Assembly: GCA_050273025.1 (NCBI GenBank) | Contig: CP158635.1 | Location: forward strand, 3,596,001 to 3,660,000 | From: Cenococcum geophilum | Taxonomy: Eukaryota | Length of the DNA stretch: 64,000 nt | Direction: 5' to 3' | In this document: piece by piece, positions 52,938 through 64,000 of the stretch | Position numbering within the stretch: the stretch's first letter is position 1 | Layout: the number at the start of each line of letters is the position of its first letter | Notes under the pieces: model-generated | What the model saw: only the letters and a program-made list of their open reading frames with translations | Database searches by the model: none | Told to the model about the DNA's origin: nothing | Program-made: the position numbers and the translations under genes

Positions 52938-54992
52938 AATAAGCAACAATATTAACTAAATTAATTAGATAGATATTATACCTTTAGTAAATAACTTAGA
53001 GATATTAAAAGTCTTTAAGGATAAAGATAAAAGGGAGGGAGATAGTATTATGGACGCTTTAAGTATAATATTATAACTACCAGAAGAGGAGTTAGAAGTA
53101 GCTAGTTAGTTAATTAAGGTATAGTTTAAAATAGAGCTAATAAAACTATATAATAAGTTATTTTGTTACGCAGGAAACTACATTAGGAAATAGAGGCTTC
53201 CTTTACGGGCAAGGCGCCCTCGCTTGTTGACACCGGCCAAGCTAAGACTACCTCTCAACCTTAACTATAAAAGGCCATTTCTCTTGCTGCTTTTCCTCTT
53301 ATCCTCTATTTTTCCTTTCTCCCAACGCTGCGCCTCCTCCTCTTCTTACTACTAGTCCCTAGCATAGTCGCATTAAGGCATTTCTGCCGTCCCTTTAGCG
53401 CTAATACGTATATAAGTCCAGCCCGCTTATTACTTTATACCCCTATATCTTAAACTAATAATTAATATAGTTAACTGCGGCCTTTCTAATGGGCGAGTCT
53501 CTATTCTATAGTAATGTATAGATAGTCTTAGCCTCCTCTCCTAATTCCCGCCTCTAGAGCCGATGGCTTTAATTTTTATTAACCTCTTTTAGCGCCGCCT
53601 CTGTCCGCTAAGCGCGTCTATATCCTTATAATTCTGTCCTCTCTCTTATATATACCCTCTCTCCTTTTACCTTCTAAATAGCGCTAGTCCGCAACCGTCC
53701 TATAGGAAGGGGGTTAGGGGAATTCCGCACTTACCAGCCGCGTTAGTACTATTGTCTTATTTAACTCTACCGTATATCTCCTTCTAAGGTAGGGAGGGAT
53801 AGGCGTGCCGTATCTGCCCCCTTAAGGGCTTAAGCGAGCTTACGTCGCACTCGTTTTAGCTAACCTACGCGCTGTTTTTTTACCTATAATATACTATTAG
53901 TTAGATAACCCACTTTAGCGTTTGCCGATAGCTAAAGCCACCTATATTACAGCTAGTATGCCTACTAAGCTACCTAGCGGAAAAGCAGCTAGACGTCGCC
54001 AATTTAAGTAACTACCCCGTGCGGGGCTATATTAGGCATTATTTAAATAGATATTATATAGAGTGTCGCCTAGGTGGCCATGCATGCCTGCCTAGTAATA
54101 TAGTTGTATTACCACGGATATTTTAGAGACACCGTTTAATCTACTGGTTTAGGGCTAGGGGGCTATTAGCTCTACTTAACTGCTTAGCAGCAGAGCGGTA
54201 AAAGATTGATAATCCGGCCTTCTAAGCCATAGGGCTATAGTGGGAACCACCTAGATTAAAATTAGAAGGTTACAGCTTTTAGGCGCATAATAGATCTACG
54301 GCACTGCAGTATAACTATAAAGGAATCTCTAACACTAGCTAGCTATATTAGGAGGGTAAGTATTATATAGCACCTCGTGTAGCACTCTATACAGTCCTTT
54401 ACCTAGCGTATTTATATATCTGTATACGATTACCGTATAAGCAGTAGGCGTATCCGTTACTAGGCGGTTAGTATTAGAGAACCCCGCCTACTACTAATAA
54501 TAATACTGCCTTCTTCCGTTATAGATAGCTTATAACGCGCACGCATGAGCGGGGCTTTATATCCTATTAATACGAGCGGCATAGAAGATTAGCTGGATCG
54601 GTATTGTTAGGAAGTGAATAGATATATTAGCATTGCCCTTTACTAAGGAATAAGGGTAGAGAACTTAAGCCACTAACCTCCTAATAAGGGGCTAGATGCG
54701 ATAGCTATATTAGAGCTGAATATGCTAGCTTAGACGGGCGGATATAGTTTAATTATAATTTGCTAAGGGTGTTAATTAGGTGCTAGGAATTTAAGCCCTT
54801 GCAAATCTTTATACCCTATAAATGGCAATTAACCCCAGAGGCGCACGCATTAAATGCTTTAATTTGATAAGAAACCTAGGTAAGGGGTAAAGGGTAAGGG
54901 GCGATGGGCGAGTGCTAGCGGCGAAGGGAGGACTGACGTGCACTTAAAAAGACCTTTAATTCCCCCTTAAAGCTTTTAAAAGCTATAAAATA

Positions 54993-56998
54993 ATGGCAAC
55001 TCTAATAATAATAATGTTGGCACTACCTTAGTCTTTATTTTATATTCCTCCTAAAATTTTGCTTAATAAGAACAATTTCTATACTAGTCCCCCTAGAAAA
55101 TTAATAGCTTTATCTTAGTACTATATAATTACGGCCCCTGAGAAAAGCGTGAGCAGTAAGCCTAAAAGGAGGAGTAGGAGAGTACCTCTTTTCCCCCTAA
55201 AAAGTTAAGAAGCATTGTAAGCTTGGGCACTTAACGGCATATTATTCCACCTAGGGCCTTAATTTGGATATTCCGTCTAATAAAGCGCCTGTAGACTCTA
55301 TATATAATTATAAGAAAGCTAATAATAAGTATTATAAGGATAACGAGGATAATAAGGATGACAAGGATAACGAAGAAGATTTCTATAGGGATGGAAATGA
55401 CAGTTAAGTCTCTAGAAGAAGTAATTAAGGTAATTATCCCAGTAATTACCCTACTACTCTTCCTCTTTCCCTAGTAGTTCCAAATATATAGTTTTAATGA
55501 CTAGTAGTAAATCTAATAGTTATTAAAGACAATATAGCCGATCTAGACTTGGAAACTAAGGGCGACGAAGCTGGTAACGCTAATAATAAAGCTAACGAAG
55601 CCGATAATCGACCGATACCTTATAGATTAGGTATACGCTTCCCCCCTTAATTTATAATAGCTTATTTAATAATTAGTAGATAATAGGAATAACGGCAGTA
55701 GTAAGGGTAATAAAGATGATAAAGAGCTACCTTTATTAGAAGCGCTAGAAGAGGAGGTACGCGTACCTATATATAATTATACTATACCCTTAACGCTAGA
55801 CGGCAATTAAACGGATAATTTAGCTAAGGGGCGTCGCATTAGAACTGCTCCGCAGTTTAGGTAAAAGCTTAAAATATTAGTAGCTGCCGGTTAAGAGTCT
55901 TTAAAAGCCGAGAAGTTAAAGAAGCGGAGGTCTAATTAGCTTAATTAACTAGGTAGTATTAATTATATCTCCGATACTTCTGTTAGTAAGAGCAGCAAGA
56001 GTATACGACTTAGGAAGTAATAAAGGTTACCTGCTTTTTAGAGGACTACGCCTTCTAGCTCTCCTACCCTTAGCCTTAATAACCGTGACGGTATTAAGGA
56101 GAGAGCGGTCTCTACTACGCGGCCCACCAGCCCCTCCCCCCGGCACTGTATATCTCCTTATAATACTAGACCACTAAAATATAGGGCTAATAACCATTAT
56201 AATTATATTCTAGATAATCTTGTAAACGGCTTAACTAAAGAAAGTAATAATAAGGATGGCGAGAACGTTACGGATAAAGGTAAGGCCGGGAACTACGGTA
56301 ATAGAAGTGATAATAGTAATAATACGGATAATGACGACTCTGGGGACGGTAATAATAGTAGTAGTAATAAGGATAACGAGGCCCGCGGGTGTGTAGGGTA
56401 ATAAGGATTACTAACCCCTATTATTAGTTAATTAAAGGTAAAGTGTACTACAAAGTATTATTTCTAGCGGTCTTACTATTCCCCTTTAATTTTATCTACG
56501 TATGCGTCCGACTAAAGCACTACGCTTATTAGCAATTATTATAAGCGGGTTGCATCCCCTATATATAATTGCCTCCGTACCTAAAAACTACTACTAAGCG
56601 CTGCCTTTGGCTCCGACTCTAATAAAGTAATACTAGGAGCCGCCTTAAATGCTAATTCGGAAGAAATTTTAATTTAAGTAGCTTTTAGGCGCTAGAAAGA
56701 CGGGTCATATATACTAAATATCCTTCCTTAATAATTCCCTTTACCTTTTAACCTGGTTAAGCAGCCTTAGAAGCTAAAGCCCTAAGGGCTAAAGTCTAGA
56801 ATAAAATTTACTAAAGAGGAAGACGTGCTGTTTACTAACTTAAAAGGGAAACAAAATCTTTTATAGGACTAGATTAAAGATAGCTTTTTAATAAGAAGTC
56901 TTAGATTACTATAGGGGCATTACTATTTAAAACTAAAGGCTTAGCCTATTGTGTAGAAGAAACGGGGGCAGCCTACTAGGCGGAAGAATTGGTGGTAA
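54993..56998 (+). pseudogene. Acidic low-complexity protein with a C-terminal MYB/SANT domain and AT-hook-like motif
   Basis: 56792-56998 reads KSRIKFTKEEDVLFTNLKGKQNLL*D*IKDSFLIRSLRLL*GHYYLKLKA*PIV*KKRGQPTRRK. D/E/N-rich tracts at about 55330, 55560 and 56240-56380. Start and exon structure are uncertain. Confidence 0.75.
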
Positions 56999-57399
56999 TA
57001 GTGCTGTTCTTTTTAGCCTGAAGTTTTATTTCTAGCTTAAGTTCTATTTATAGCGCATCTTATAATTTTTAGATTAATAAAATTAGTCCCTGTGTAACCT
57101 AATGGGCCAGTAACTAGAATTTAAAAATTGCTGCTAAAGAAGCCGTGGTTTAAGGCCGGAGGCGTAATATATACCTGAAATATTAACTAACTAAGGCCCG
57201 TTTTTAGAAGCGTAAACGTTATTATTTTTATTAGGGCTACTTAAGGTATGCTTTATAAATTCAAGTATCTGGTTATTAAAGAAAGTCTATTATGGGGAAA
57301 TGAATATGCATTATATAGCTAGATTAGTACGTATATCCTATCTATTAGTATATAATTCTTAATGGCTTTAAGGACTTCTTTACACCGCCTATCCTTTTT

Positions 57400-58563
57400 A
57401 TAACCAATAAACGCGAAATTGTATCTTAGTAACTACCTATTTCTTTTAGCCTTATCTAACGCACGCGTAATAACTACCTTTGGCGATGGATACTGGACTA
57501 TCCTTATCTCCTCTTTACCCTTATTTATTCTAGTCTGCACTATAAGTATAGAATAATGCTAGCGCTTTAGAGAATTATTATGAGATCTATTTATCACTCC
57601 GTTAGGTGTAAATATTGGCCTATTTTTATCCTTAGAAATTCCTATTAGTATTTACTTGCTAGTAGGGCTATAGATTATATTAATATACTTTAGGAGTTTA
57701 GGATCATCTAATAACTAGTGGATGATCTTTATACTGTGACGTCTATATCCTAATACCGCTTTAAGCCTAAATGTTTAACAATTATTAAGATAAAGTTCCG
57801 CCGTTGTAAGAAACTTGTTAACAAAATCCTTATAGCGGTTAGTTTTCTTCTATAAGAACGTAAACTAGTTACTTATATAAACTTTTGGATACTCCCTAAC
57901 TGGTACTTCTACGGCTAAACTAAAAACGGTTGGCTAAAGGACGTAGTCCTTAACTAGTGCTACTAGAGTAAGGTAAGGTAATGTCTTGGTCTTGTTATCC
58001 TTATCTGTTAGGGATTTAAGAGATAATAATTGTGTAGGGGTTAAGGGTGCGCCTAGTTCCTCCTTAAAGTAGCCTTAAGTAAGCCTATCCTCCACTCTAG
58101 AGTATATAGAGGGGGTTTTAATATTACTAGGGTAGGTTAGGTCCTTATTAGCATTTATAGAAGAGGGAAAGGGCTAGCTTGGCGTGCTAACACTAAAAGG
58201 AGTCGCCGTCGCTCTAATACCACTAGGAGAGTTAAGCTTAGAAGGTATTAGCCTCTTATTAATACCTACTAAAGGGTAAGAAAGATAGGGCTAAACGCTC
58301 GTCATTATATCGTCCATACTAGAGTTAGTAGTAATTACCGTCTCCCTAATACTGTAAGAAAAGTTAAGCCTAATAGGTATTGGTTTCTTATTAATATCCA
58401 CTAAAGGAGGGGGACAAAGATAGGGCTAGATATTGCTCGTTATATTATTAATGTAAGAGTCTATAGTGTTCTTATTAGCCTTATCTAATAATAAGTCTCT
58501 AGTGCGTATAATTTACCTTTAGTTACTTATAGAGCTAGCAGCCTAATAGCTTAGAGTTTCCAT
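57400..58563 (-). pseudogene. Hypothetical protein with an internal 45-aa repeat
   Basis: ATG at 58563 downstream of TATATATA. Long frame with few stops. 135-bp spaced repeat: TSNI*PYLCPPPLVDINKKPIP and TSV*PYLSYPLVGINKRLIP. 3' end is approximate. Confidence 0.5.
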
Positions 58564-59299
58564 AGGAAGTTATTAATAGATTTTTGTTACTGGTTATAGA
58601 AGGGAAGTATTTATGGGAAATAGGAGTGGGGTAAACTAAGTAAATATTTATGTAAGGGAAGCACGGTAGAGCTGCTAGTACTAAGCGGCTTCCTATATAT
58701 AGGGCTACTTAAATCCTCCGCAAGCTAAAGCGCGTGGTGTGTACGCCTATAGCTAAATCAAAATACGGTAATAACTTAGAAATACTATAGACGTTTATAT
58801 ATAAAGTTTATTATTAGTTATACTTATATTTAAATACCTTATTATATCCTAAGGGAACGGCTTAGCGTTTAAATGCGATAAGGCTAAATAGAAGCAAATA
58901 GTGAGGCCTACTCCTATAGTTCTTAGAGCTTAGAGAATTGCGCTAAGATAGTTAGCCTGTGTAGGACATTCTACTCTTAATTTCGTGGTGGAGACTTAGC
59001 GACTAGAAGAGCAAATGCCCTGTATTTTTAGGTGGGTAGTAGCATTATAGGGTATAAATTTGCATAAGGCATAGCTGTGTTAATTAGGGTATAATATATT
59101 GCTAATTTTATAAGGCGAGACAGGCACTACTTATATTAGGCTTTAATTTAAGCGCCTATTTTTAATGATCTATATAGCTACACCCCTATACGTACTACCC
59201 GCCACTTATTTTTATATATTGTCTCGTATAAGATCCTATAGGAGCCCCTAAATAGGTTTATTGGTTAATTCCCCTTAGGATTCCTTATTCTCTAGAACT

Positions 59300-59720
59300 A
59301 AAATATAGCTTAGTAAAAACGTGCTAGTTATAATGTTTATATTAAAACTAACTAGTAGCACTTCTAATAGCTTTTAGTATACGCTAGCTTATAGCCTTCT
59401 AGTTTACTTTATTTAACCTATTATCTCTTAGTCTCTCATTTACGCGTTCCAAAATTTCCTCCCTTTTAGGTAAATTTACATCATTCCAGCCGTGCCCTAA
59501 GGTAATAATATTTCTATTCCTTATTTATAAATTTCTGCTAATTCTTATTAAAAAAAGGCGCCTTAGCCTAGGCCTATATACTTGCTAGGAAACGCTGCTA
59601 CTGCTCTAGGTTATACTAAACTATATCCCGCACCTGCTTTGCAGTAGTATTAGCCCTAATATCTATTATGCGTAGTGGCGTTTAGAAATGGGTATTGGTG
59701 AAATTACTAAGTCCTAATAT
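59300..59720 (-). pseudogene. Possible small helical hypothetical protein
   Basis: Protein-like readings LRIIDIRANTTAKQVRDIV*YNLEQ*QRFL and GWNDVNLPKREEILERVNERLRDNRL in two frames. No family assigned. Confidence 0.3.
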
Positions 59721-61057
59721 GTTGTGGCGAAGCGGGGTTTCGCAAATAGAGAATTTTAAGTTATTTAAGTGTCTTGGCTAACGCCACTAGCATTACCCCT
59801 ACTAGTTTGGTTTTATAAGACTGGTCCTCCCGCCTTCCCTAGGGTCGCACTAACTATTTAGCTGAACGCCGCTAGTTCTAGCAGCCGCGCTAAATATAGC
59901 CCACCTAATACTTCTACCATGTTATGGAATATGCAGAAAAACTATACAAGGTTACGATTTAGGCAGCCCCTAGCTAATACGTCGGATCTTTTTTATACTA
60001 ATAGCCCTAGGGCTACTACAAGGAGTTGAAGCGCTAGAAGCTGCCTGCTATAGCTAATCTAGTTCTCCTTGCTATATTATGGAAGCGAGAGGAATTAGGG
60101 CTAAGTTAACGATAATAGTTACATTTTCTATAGTTGTTAGAAGGATAATTTATTTCATAGATTATAAAACCTCCCTAATGCTCTGTATGAGCTAGAAAAA
60201 GAATCTGCTTATAAAGTAAAATATTATCTTTATACTATTTTCCAATACCCAAAATATAACTCTTAATGATGCATAATCTTGAAAATGGCCAATGCGAGGC
60301 CTGCGTAACTATATTATATATTAGTAAACCAATAGCTAAAATCTAGGGGGGCTTTGTATATTAAAACTAGCCCTACGGCCTTAATTACCGTCTTTGTAGT
60401 TATTGCTATTATCCTAATCACGCTTATATACTAGAAACTTATTACCTAAATAGATAATGTGTATTTAGGGCGATCCTATTAAAGCTATAATCGTAAATGC
60501 TAACTAAGAATAATAATAGCGTAATAAAGCCAGACGCGCCAGACGTTAGAATCTTTAACCAACTTTTTAGTAAGGCATATTATAAAGAAGCAAGTAATAA
60601 GTAAGCAGGAAAAGGCACTATATAGCCCTATTTTAATAATAGAAGGGTTTAAATATAATAAAATCTAAGCAGCTGCGACGAGGGTAGGGTAAGTAAATCT
60701 GCTAACGGGAGCTATAATCTTAAATATCTAAGAAAATGGAAAAGAATGAAGATAAAAGTGGGAGTAGGCTAGTTTATAATAATATTTTTTCTTAGAAATA
60801 AGGCGGGCTATATAAACGCTATATTATTACCGCTAAATAACTTAACTAAGCGGCTTCCTAATAAGTTGTTGCCCTAACCTTAGGCGATAAAAGGCACTCA
60901 AGGCGTATAGGGGTCAGTTACCTCCTCCATTCTATTACTAGATTAAGTATTTAATACCGTCTATAATTTTAGGTGATGCTAAATAAAAAAAGAGAAGAGT
61001 ATAAATCTTTTATTTTAGCTGGTAACTTATAAGTTTTCTACACCCTTATACCCTATA

Positions 61058-61895
61058 TTAATCTTTATCTCCTAGCTATACGCTTATAGTATAGAGCTAT
61101 GGTTTATAAGCACTAAAACTGTATAGATACTTTACTGGACCTTCTATTAACTTAGTCTTAATATTAAACCTAAAGTGTCTTAGAATAGGTTGGCTTGCTA
61201 GTATAGCTAACACCTATATCTTCTTTCCCTCTTTATCCTACTTTTCTACTGTTATTTTAATAAGTGTTCTGCCTAGACCAGACTTTTAATAAGACTTGTA
61301 TATAGTAAGAGTAAAAATTTTTATTTAGTAATCTTGGGAGTACCTAGCGCAAAATTAGCTACGCCCCTAAGCTTATAACCTAGGAACTATACTAATACCC
61401 CTTAGCGTAAGTTTTTTCCTTATAAAACTTAACACCATCTAGGTTTTTATCTTGACGTAGATTTTTAATACCCTCTAGAAGGCTGTTAAGAATACCTTCG
61501 TTTTATTAGCTTACAAACTTATACTAAATAAATAGTAGTACCGTATAAATGTCCCCCTTAGGTAGTAGCTAGGGTTCTAGGCCACTTATAACAAGGACGC
61601 TAGAAATTATAGTTCCGCTAATTAATACCGTTAAATCTTGCCTAGCCTATAGCGACTTAACTACCTTAGCTTTATTTTTATTATACAGGCTTTCTATACT
61701 ATAAACCCTTAAGGTGGAACTAAGAAGCGCATTAATAAGATTAACTGCGTAAAAGTCGTATGTGTCTATTAGGAATGCTTTAGAATGTAATCTCTAAATC
61801 TTAAAAGATTAGGAGGTTTTAAAAGCTAAAATAATAATATAGGTTGCCTAAAATATATCTAAGTGCGTAAGCGGTTAAATTTAATAAGTAGCCAT
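61058..61895 (-). pseudogene. GNAT-family N-acetyltransferase, RIP-inactivated
   Basis: N-terminus MATY*I*PLTHLDIF*ATYIIILAFK. Motif A TLTIYKSY*KSGLGRTLI (Q/R-x-x-G-x-G) at about 61260-61315, then KEGKKI*VLAILASQPILRHFRF. Confidence 0.7.
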
Positions 61896-62599
61896 TATAG
61901 GAGAGAGCGAAGAAAAGTAAAATTGGTAGTAGAAGGAGGAATACCCTTAAAAGGTATATAGAGAAGTTATAATATTAATTAGACGAGAGCTATTGGGACC
62001 GTCGCGGATATAATAACTATAGCCCCTGCTCCGACTAACGGAATTAGGTTCTTTAGTATTACTATTCCACCCTACCTTTAGATAGCATCTAGTAAAGGAT
62101 TCCGTACGGTAGGTATAGCTAAGAATTATTACTACACGCATTATGCTAATTTATCGTCATGCATTTTGTATCTGCTTAGTATTACCTAATACTTAACCTT
62201 TAGGAACGTATATATATAAGTCTAACGCTGCCGAATGCTATTAGATGTAAGGATAAGGTGCTAAGGTAAAAGATTTAGTTTCCTAAGCTAGATATAAATG
62301 ACTACTATTAAGGGTCTATAATGGATAGATGCGGCCTTTACTTTAAAACATTCTCTACGCCTTTTTCTTTAATATAGTTCTCTAAGCCTTAGAGATTCCC
62401 CTAAATTATAGTCTGTAATTTAATTAGAATAGATACCGTATAAGAAATATTAAACGTACTTAAAACGTATACACGTTAGAGTAGTTATACATTAATTTAA
62501 GGAAAGTGGGTAAATAGATAATATCCCGTATTTATCGCCCTTTAGTTTTTCTATAAAGAGCACTAAGGAACTTCCGTTAAGACTTAGAAAAGGAATAAA

Positions 62600-63117
62600 T
62601 TAAGGAGTAAGAGAGTTTATCTATAGTCTTCTTATCTAGGTGGATGCAGAGAATTTCACTTAATATTAAATTATTAAGTATTTAAGCGACTTGTTAGTAT
62701 TTTAGGCGGTTAGGATTTCCTAGACCCGCACCCGCTATTTATTAGTCTTTTAGGCCTGTAGTGATTTGATCCCCCGATAGGCCGGTACTAGGATATAACT
62801 TTAGGGGTTCCGTCTGCTGGCCTTATATACCCTTAAGTTGGTAAGTACTGGAACGCGAAGAAGTTTTAAGCCTAGTGGCTAATTTAGGACGACTTTCCAA
62901 TGTAATTAAAGACCCCTTTTTTAGATCTATATCGGCGTATAATAAGGCACTTACTTTTAGGCCAGGGTCGGTAATTAATACACTATAGCTTAAATCTTAA
63001 TCCTAGCTGCTAGTGATGGTTATAAGAGGCTGCCAAATATACTAGTCTAAGACTAGTAGGGTCTAGCGAATTGCGGCTTAAAAGAGCGAGCTAATTATTA
63101 AAGAAGTAGCATCTATA
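62600..63117 (-). pseudogene. Possible hypothetical gene remnant
   Basis: Stop-poor frame downstream of a pyrimidine-rich leader; no recognisable domain. Confidence 0.2.
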
Positions 63118-64000
63118 TTAAAGAATAAAGTGGCCGTAAATAGCTAGCAGAAATAGGGGAGACTAGGGAATGGTTTAAAAGGAGCGGTAAAAATAGTGAA
63201 GTTAAGGAAGTAACGAATAAAAGCTGTAGAAGAAGGCGATAAGGCAACCGGTAAAGTAGACGGTAAAGGCAATTATGCATCCCTAGCGTAATGGGGCGAA
63301 ATTAGCTTTATATATCACTTATCTCCATCCTATACCTTTAAGATTTAAAGCATTCTTAGGTTTATTAAGGCGTTTTAGCCTTTAATTCTTGCGGGACGTA
63401 TTATTACATTATTAAAAAGAAATTAACGGGAGCTTCTAGACTTTATAGTAGTGGGTAAGCTACATCTAATTAACCGGGGAGACGGCTACATATCCTTACT
63501 TTAATTAGCTATTTAGTTTTCTATTATAAATCTTTAAAGGAGTACGAGTTATAGTAGTAGAGTTTAGCATAGTATGGCATCTTAGGGGTAATAAGGTAAG
63601 GGGCTAATATACGCTAAGCTAAAATTGCAGGGGTATTATTGTTGCGATTATAATGATAATCCCCTACAACGTTTCCTACTTCTCTCACTCTTATACCCTA
63701 TTACCTTCTTTTTTTAGTTTAGTCAACCTATAGGATCATAAATGCCTCTCTGCTTTAGCAGTGTAGTAAAATAGATTTTAGCGCCACAGTAATTCTATTC
63801 CGTGGCCTTTCCCTTTTTAAGGCTAATTATTATCTACTATAGGATAGAGAAGCAGTCCTTCCTAGTGCACTGTTATAGCTCGCTCGCACTATCCGTCCTT
63901 ATTATACCGTAGGTTTACCTTCTATTACTCCTCTCCTAAGGGATACTTATAGATAATAGTTATTGTTAAATAAGATTGAGCTGTTTGCGCAATTCCTGCG

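Larger units (their letters stand above)
29725..53157 (+). mobile_element. Gypsy family D copy D4, heavily RIP-mutated; fragments 29725-33545, 41653-42106 and 49933-53157; 3' LTR truncated
   Basis: 5' LTR at 29725-30126, then gag, PR, RT, RH, IN and chromodomain colinear across two insertions. PPT GGGAGGGAGATAG precedes a 3' LTR that begins at 53046 and stops at 53157. Confidence 0.92.
53158..64000. mobile_element. Candidate large cargo-carrying element (Starship-like), one terminus only, RIP-mutated
   Basis: Sharp junction inside the D4 3' LTR, then at least 10.8 kb of RIP-damaged non-TE genes with a MYB/SANT gene near the edge. No tyrosine recombinase is seen in the window. Confidence 0.5.

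Noticed and set aside
53164..53400. TGTTAC start plus TATA and pyrimidine tract as a new LTR
   Set aside because: No matching LTR end, PBS or gag/pol follows in 10 kb, and it begins 6 bp off the junction. Left as part of the unexplained terminus.
53563..54620. Long plus-strand frame as a captain tyrosine recombinase
   Set aside because: No R-H-R-H-Y type motifs were recognisable, and lack of TGA stops is uninformative after RIP. It may still be an unknown gene.
61947..62141. 64-aa minus-strand ORF
   Set aside because: Sits in the upstream region of the GNAT remnant; no recognisable motif.

Overview
AT-rich block from a filamentous ascomycete. TpA excess and CpA/TpG loss throughout indicate repeat-induced point mutation (RIP), and no intact gene is visible. 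Bases 1-53157 are a nested transposon pile. A 146-bp Gypsy RT remnant (29579-29724) is the ground layer. It is flanked by two copies of one chromovirus family (D1, D4), and two more full-length copies (D2, D3) sit inside D4. D1 hosts two complete GalEa-like Copia elements, one carrying a complete hAT transposon, plus a chain of three other Gypsy elements (C > B > A). Two results stand out. First, two different Gypsy families (B and D) each carry an antisense, intron-containing gene between pol and the 3' LTR that encodes a Zn2Cys6-like six-cysteine motif plus a helical region. Second, from 53158 the 3' LTR of D4 is cut by at least 10.8 kb of RIP-mutated non-TE genes (MYB/SANT plus AT-hook gene, GNAT acetyltransferase, unknowns), which resembles the end of a Starship-like giant element. 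Protein readings are manual translations with RIP changes reversed by eye.
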